In this document: one piece after another, positions 62,658 through 64,000 of the stretch | Numbering within the stretch: the stretch's first letter is position 1 | Layout: each line of letters starts with the position of its first letter | Assembly (NCBI GenBank): GCA_012518875.1 | Contig: JAAYRI010000069.1 | Coordinates: 5,511-69,510 of the forward strand | Origin: Peptococcaceae bacterium | GTDB taxonomy: Bacteria; Bacillota; Desulfotomaculia; Desulfotomaculales; Pelotomaculaceae | Length of the DNA: 64,000 nt | Reading direction: 5' to 3' | Made by a program: the position numbers and the translations under genes | Notes under the pieces: model-generated | What the model was told of the DNA's origin: nothing | The model's input: only the letters and a program-made list of their open reading frames with translations | Database searches by the model: none

Positions 62658-63608
62658 CTATTCCGGTTCCTCCTCAACTTCTCGGGCTAGTTTATCAAAA
62701 ATTTTTTGTACCGATAATATTTCTTTGAGCTTGTGCACATTTTTGCCGGTGAACACAACGCCATCATCAACATATCCCAGGCGAGAGTTCTCTAAGGCCC
62801 GGATGATGCAATATTCCCGGGAGCATTTCTTAAGGCAACCATCACATTCCTCTGGTTCGGGTGCGTTGTTTTCTAATATTTTTTTGACAAAGGGGTTAAG
62901 CAGCGCCCGACCTTGCATACCCACGGGGCTAGAAATAAGCACCACATCATCGGAAGTGGCCTTGAGGTACATTTGTTTAAACGCCTCAGATACGGCACAT
63001 TCCATACTTAGTACAAAACGGGTAGCCATTTGCACCCCGCTGGCACCAAGCCTGATAGCTTTGGCGATACCACTACCGTCTACAATTCCCCCGGCGGCAA
63101 TTACAGGAATTTTTACAGAGGATATAATCTCCGGTAGTATTTCCTCTAATGAACGGCTGGTTCCCAAATGTCCCCCTGCTTCCACTCCCTCGGCTACAAT
63201 AGCGGAGGCACCCTGTTTCTCGGCGATTTTGGCCAGTTTGGTAGAAGACACAATGGAGACGATTGGGGTGTCAGACTCTTTTCCCCACTTAAAAATGTCC
63301 CTGGAAAAACCAGCTCCGGTAATAATTAAGTCGATTTTTTCCTCTATTGCTGTGTGCACCAGGGCGGCGAACTGCCGCACTGCAAACATGATATTGATAC
63401 CAATTATTCCTTTTGAATTGCTCCTTGCTGTCCTTATTTCATTTCTTAACTCATCCAGTGACATACCTGTGGCGGCGATTATACCTATTCCACCGGCATT
63501 GGCTACAGCAGTGGCGAGAGGAGCAGTGGACACTCTAATGGCCATTCCTCCCTGGATGATTGGGTAACGGGGCACCAGGCGCCCAATTTTAAGTGACGGA
63601 AATTTCAT
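62658..63608 (-). CDS. Nitronate monooxygenase / FabK-like FMN oxidoreductase
   Basis: PIIQGGM, EGVEAGGH, IAAGGI, GVQMATRF and a C-terminal CxxCxxxC (FabX-like Fe-S) motif. Confidence 0.82.
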   Translation of the reverse strand: MKFPSLKIGRLVPRYPIIQGGMAIRVSTAPLATAVANAGGIGIIAATGMSLDELRNEIRTARSNSKGIIGINIMFAVRQFAALVHTAIEEKIDLIITGAGFSRDIFKWGKESDTPIVSIVSSTKLAKIAEKQGASAIVAEGVEAGGHLGTSRSLEEILPEIISSVKIPVIAAGGIVDGSGIAKAIRLGASGVQMATRFVLSMECAVSEAFKQMYLKATSDDVVLISSPVGMQGRALLNPFVKKILENNAPEPEECDGCLKKCSREYCIIRALENSRLGYVDDGVVFTGKNVHKLKEILSVQKIFDKLAREVEEEPE

Positions 63609-63895
63609 CAAGATCCCTTTTCTCCTTAAAAGCATTTATTCAGTATATATTATTCCAACCGGCTGATCTAAATATAAGCCCTATTGTAAAATGCGGCAAT
63701 AAATGGTTTAATCTCCCGGCTGCTGCAAATTATACTTTTTTCCTTTAATTAATTCAAATATTCTATATAAAATAGTATAATCCTTTGCATCACTGCAAAA
63801 ACAGTGTAATATTTAATATAGCCTAAAACAAGCCCACTGTGGTATAGGTTGTAATTATTGGATCCAGATTATGAAAAACCGGAGGTTGCTTTACA

Positions 63896-64000
63896 TTGAA
63901 TGACCTTCTTCCACCGTGTACAGATGCCTGTCCTGTGCATACTGATGTCCGGGGATATCTTGCTGCTATAACCAGGCGGGATTATCTTGAGGCATATAGG
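63896..64000 (+). CDS. N-terminus of a GltD/NfnB-like Fe-S flavoprotein; runs off the window
   Basis: TTG after SD GGAGG gives MNDLLPPCTDACPVHTDVRGYLAAITRRDYLEAYR, the PPCxxACP start of a Fer4_20 domain. Confidence 0.7.
   Translation, partial: MNDLLPPCTDACPVHTDVRGYLAAITRRDYLEAYR

Noticed and set aside
62551-63567. 338-aa + strand ORF
   Set aside because: It lies almost wholly antisense to the well-supported flavin oxidoreductase and has Ser-rich shadow composition with no motifs.

Overview
Conserved chromosomal backbone of an endospore-forming clostridial Firmicute; the gene content and sporulation genes (ylmC, yaaL, cwlD, ytvI) suggest a Peptococcaceae/Desulfotomaculaceae-like organism, which is an inference. 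Most genes lie on the + strand. In order: a cell-surface glycan locus (O-antigen-ligase-like protein, two glycosyltransferases, DUF4330, fabZ, WecA/TagO, galU, an epimerase, pgm, murJ); ylmC and metK; an inverted opuA glycine-betaine ABC operon; a truncated GT2 plus a membrane GAF-GGDEF protein; comF-csp-hpf-secA-prfB (with the +1 frameshift); ftsEX-M23-ctpA-minJ-udg; yaaL and an orphan Gln-rich solute-binding lipoprotein; uvrBAC; HAD-debranching enzyme-PGI/PMI-PHP-rapZ-yvcK-whiA-rpoN; gap-pgk-tpiA-gpmI-eno; rplM-rpsI-amj-cwlD; galE, ytvI, a nitronate-monooxygenase/FabK-like gene, and the start of a GltD-like Fe-S oxidoreductase. I see no mobile element, CRISPR array, rRNA or tRNA, and no multi-gene system I can call new. 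The best leads are small and mostly non-coding: a G-U-rich cloverleaf RNA structure between gap and pgk (with two similar elements elsewhere), a sigma54-type promoter facing yaaL that could drive a ~110-nt RNA, a riboswitch-like metK leader without a known SAM-box consensus, a DnaA-box/0A-box cluster with no dnaA in the window, and active-site substitutions in the GGDEF protein, CwlD and GAPDH. All structures and motifs were read by eye and not computed.
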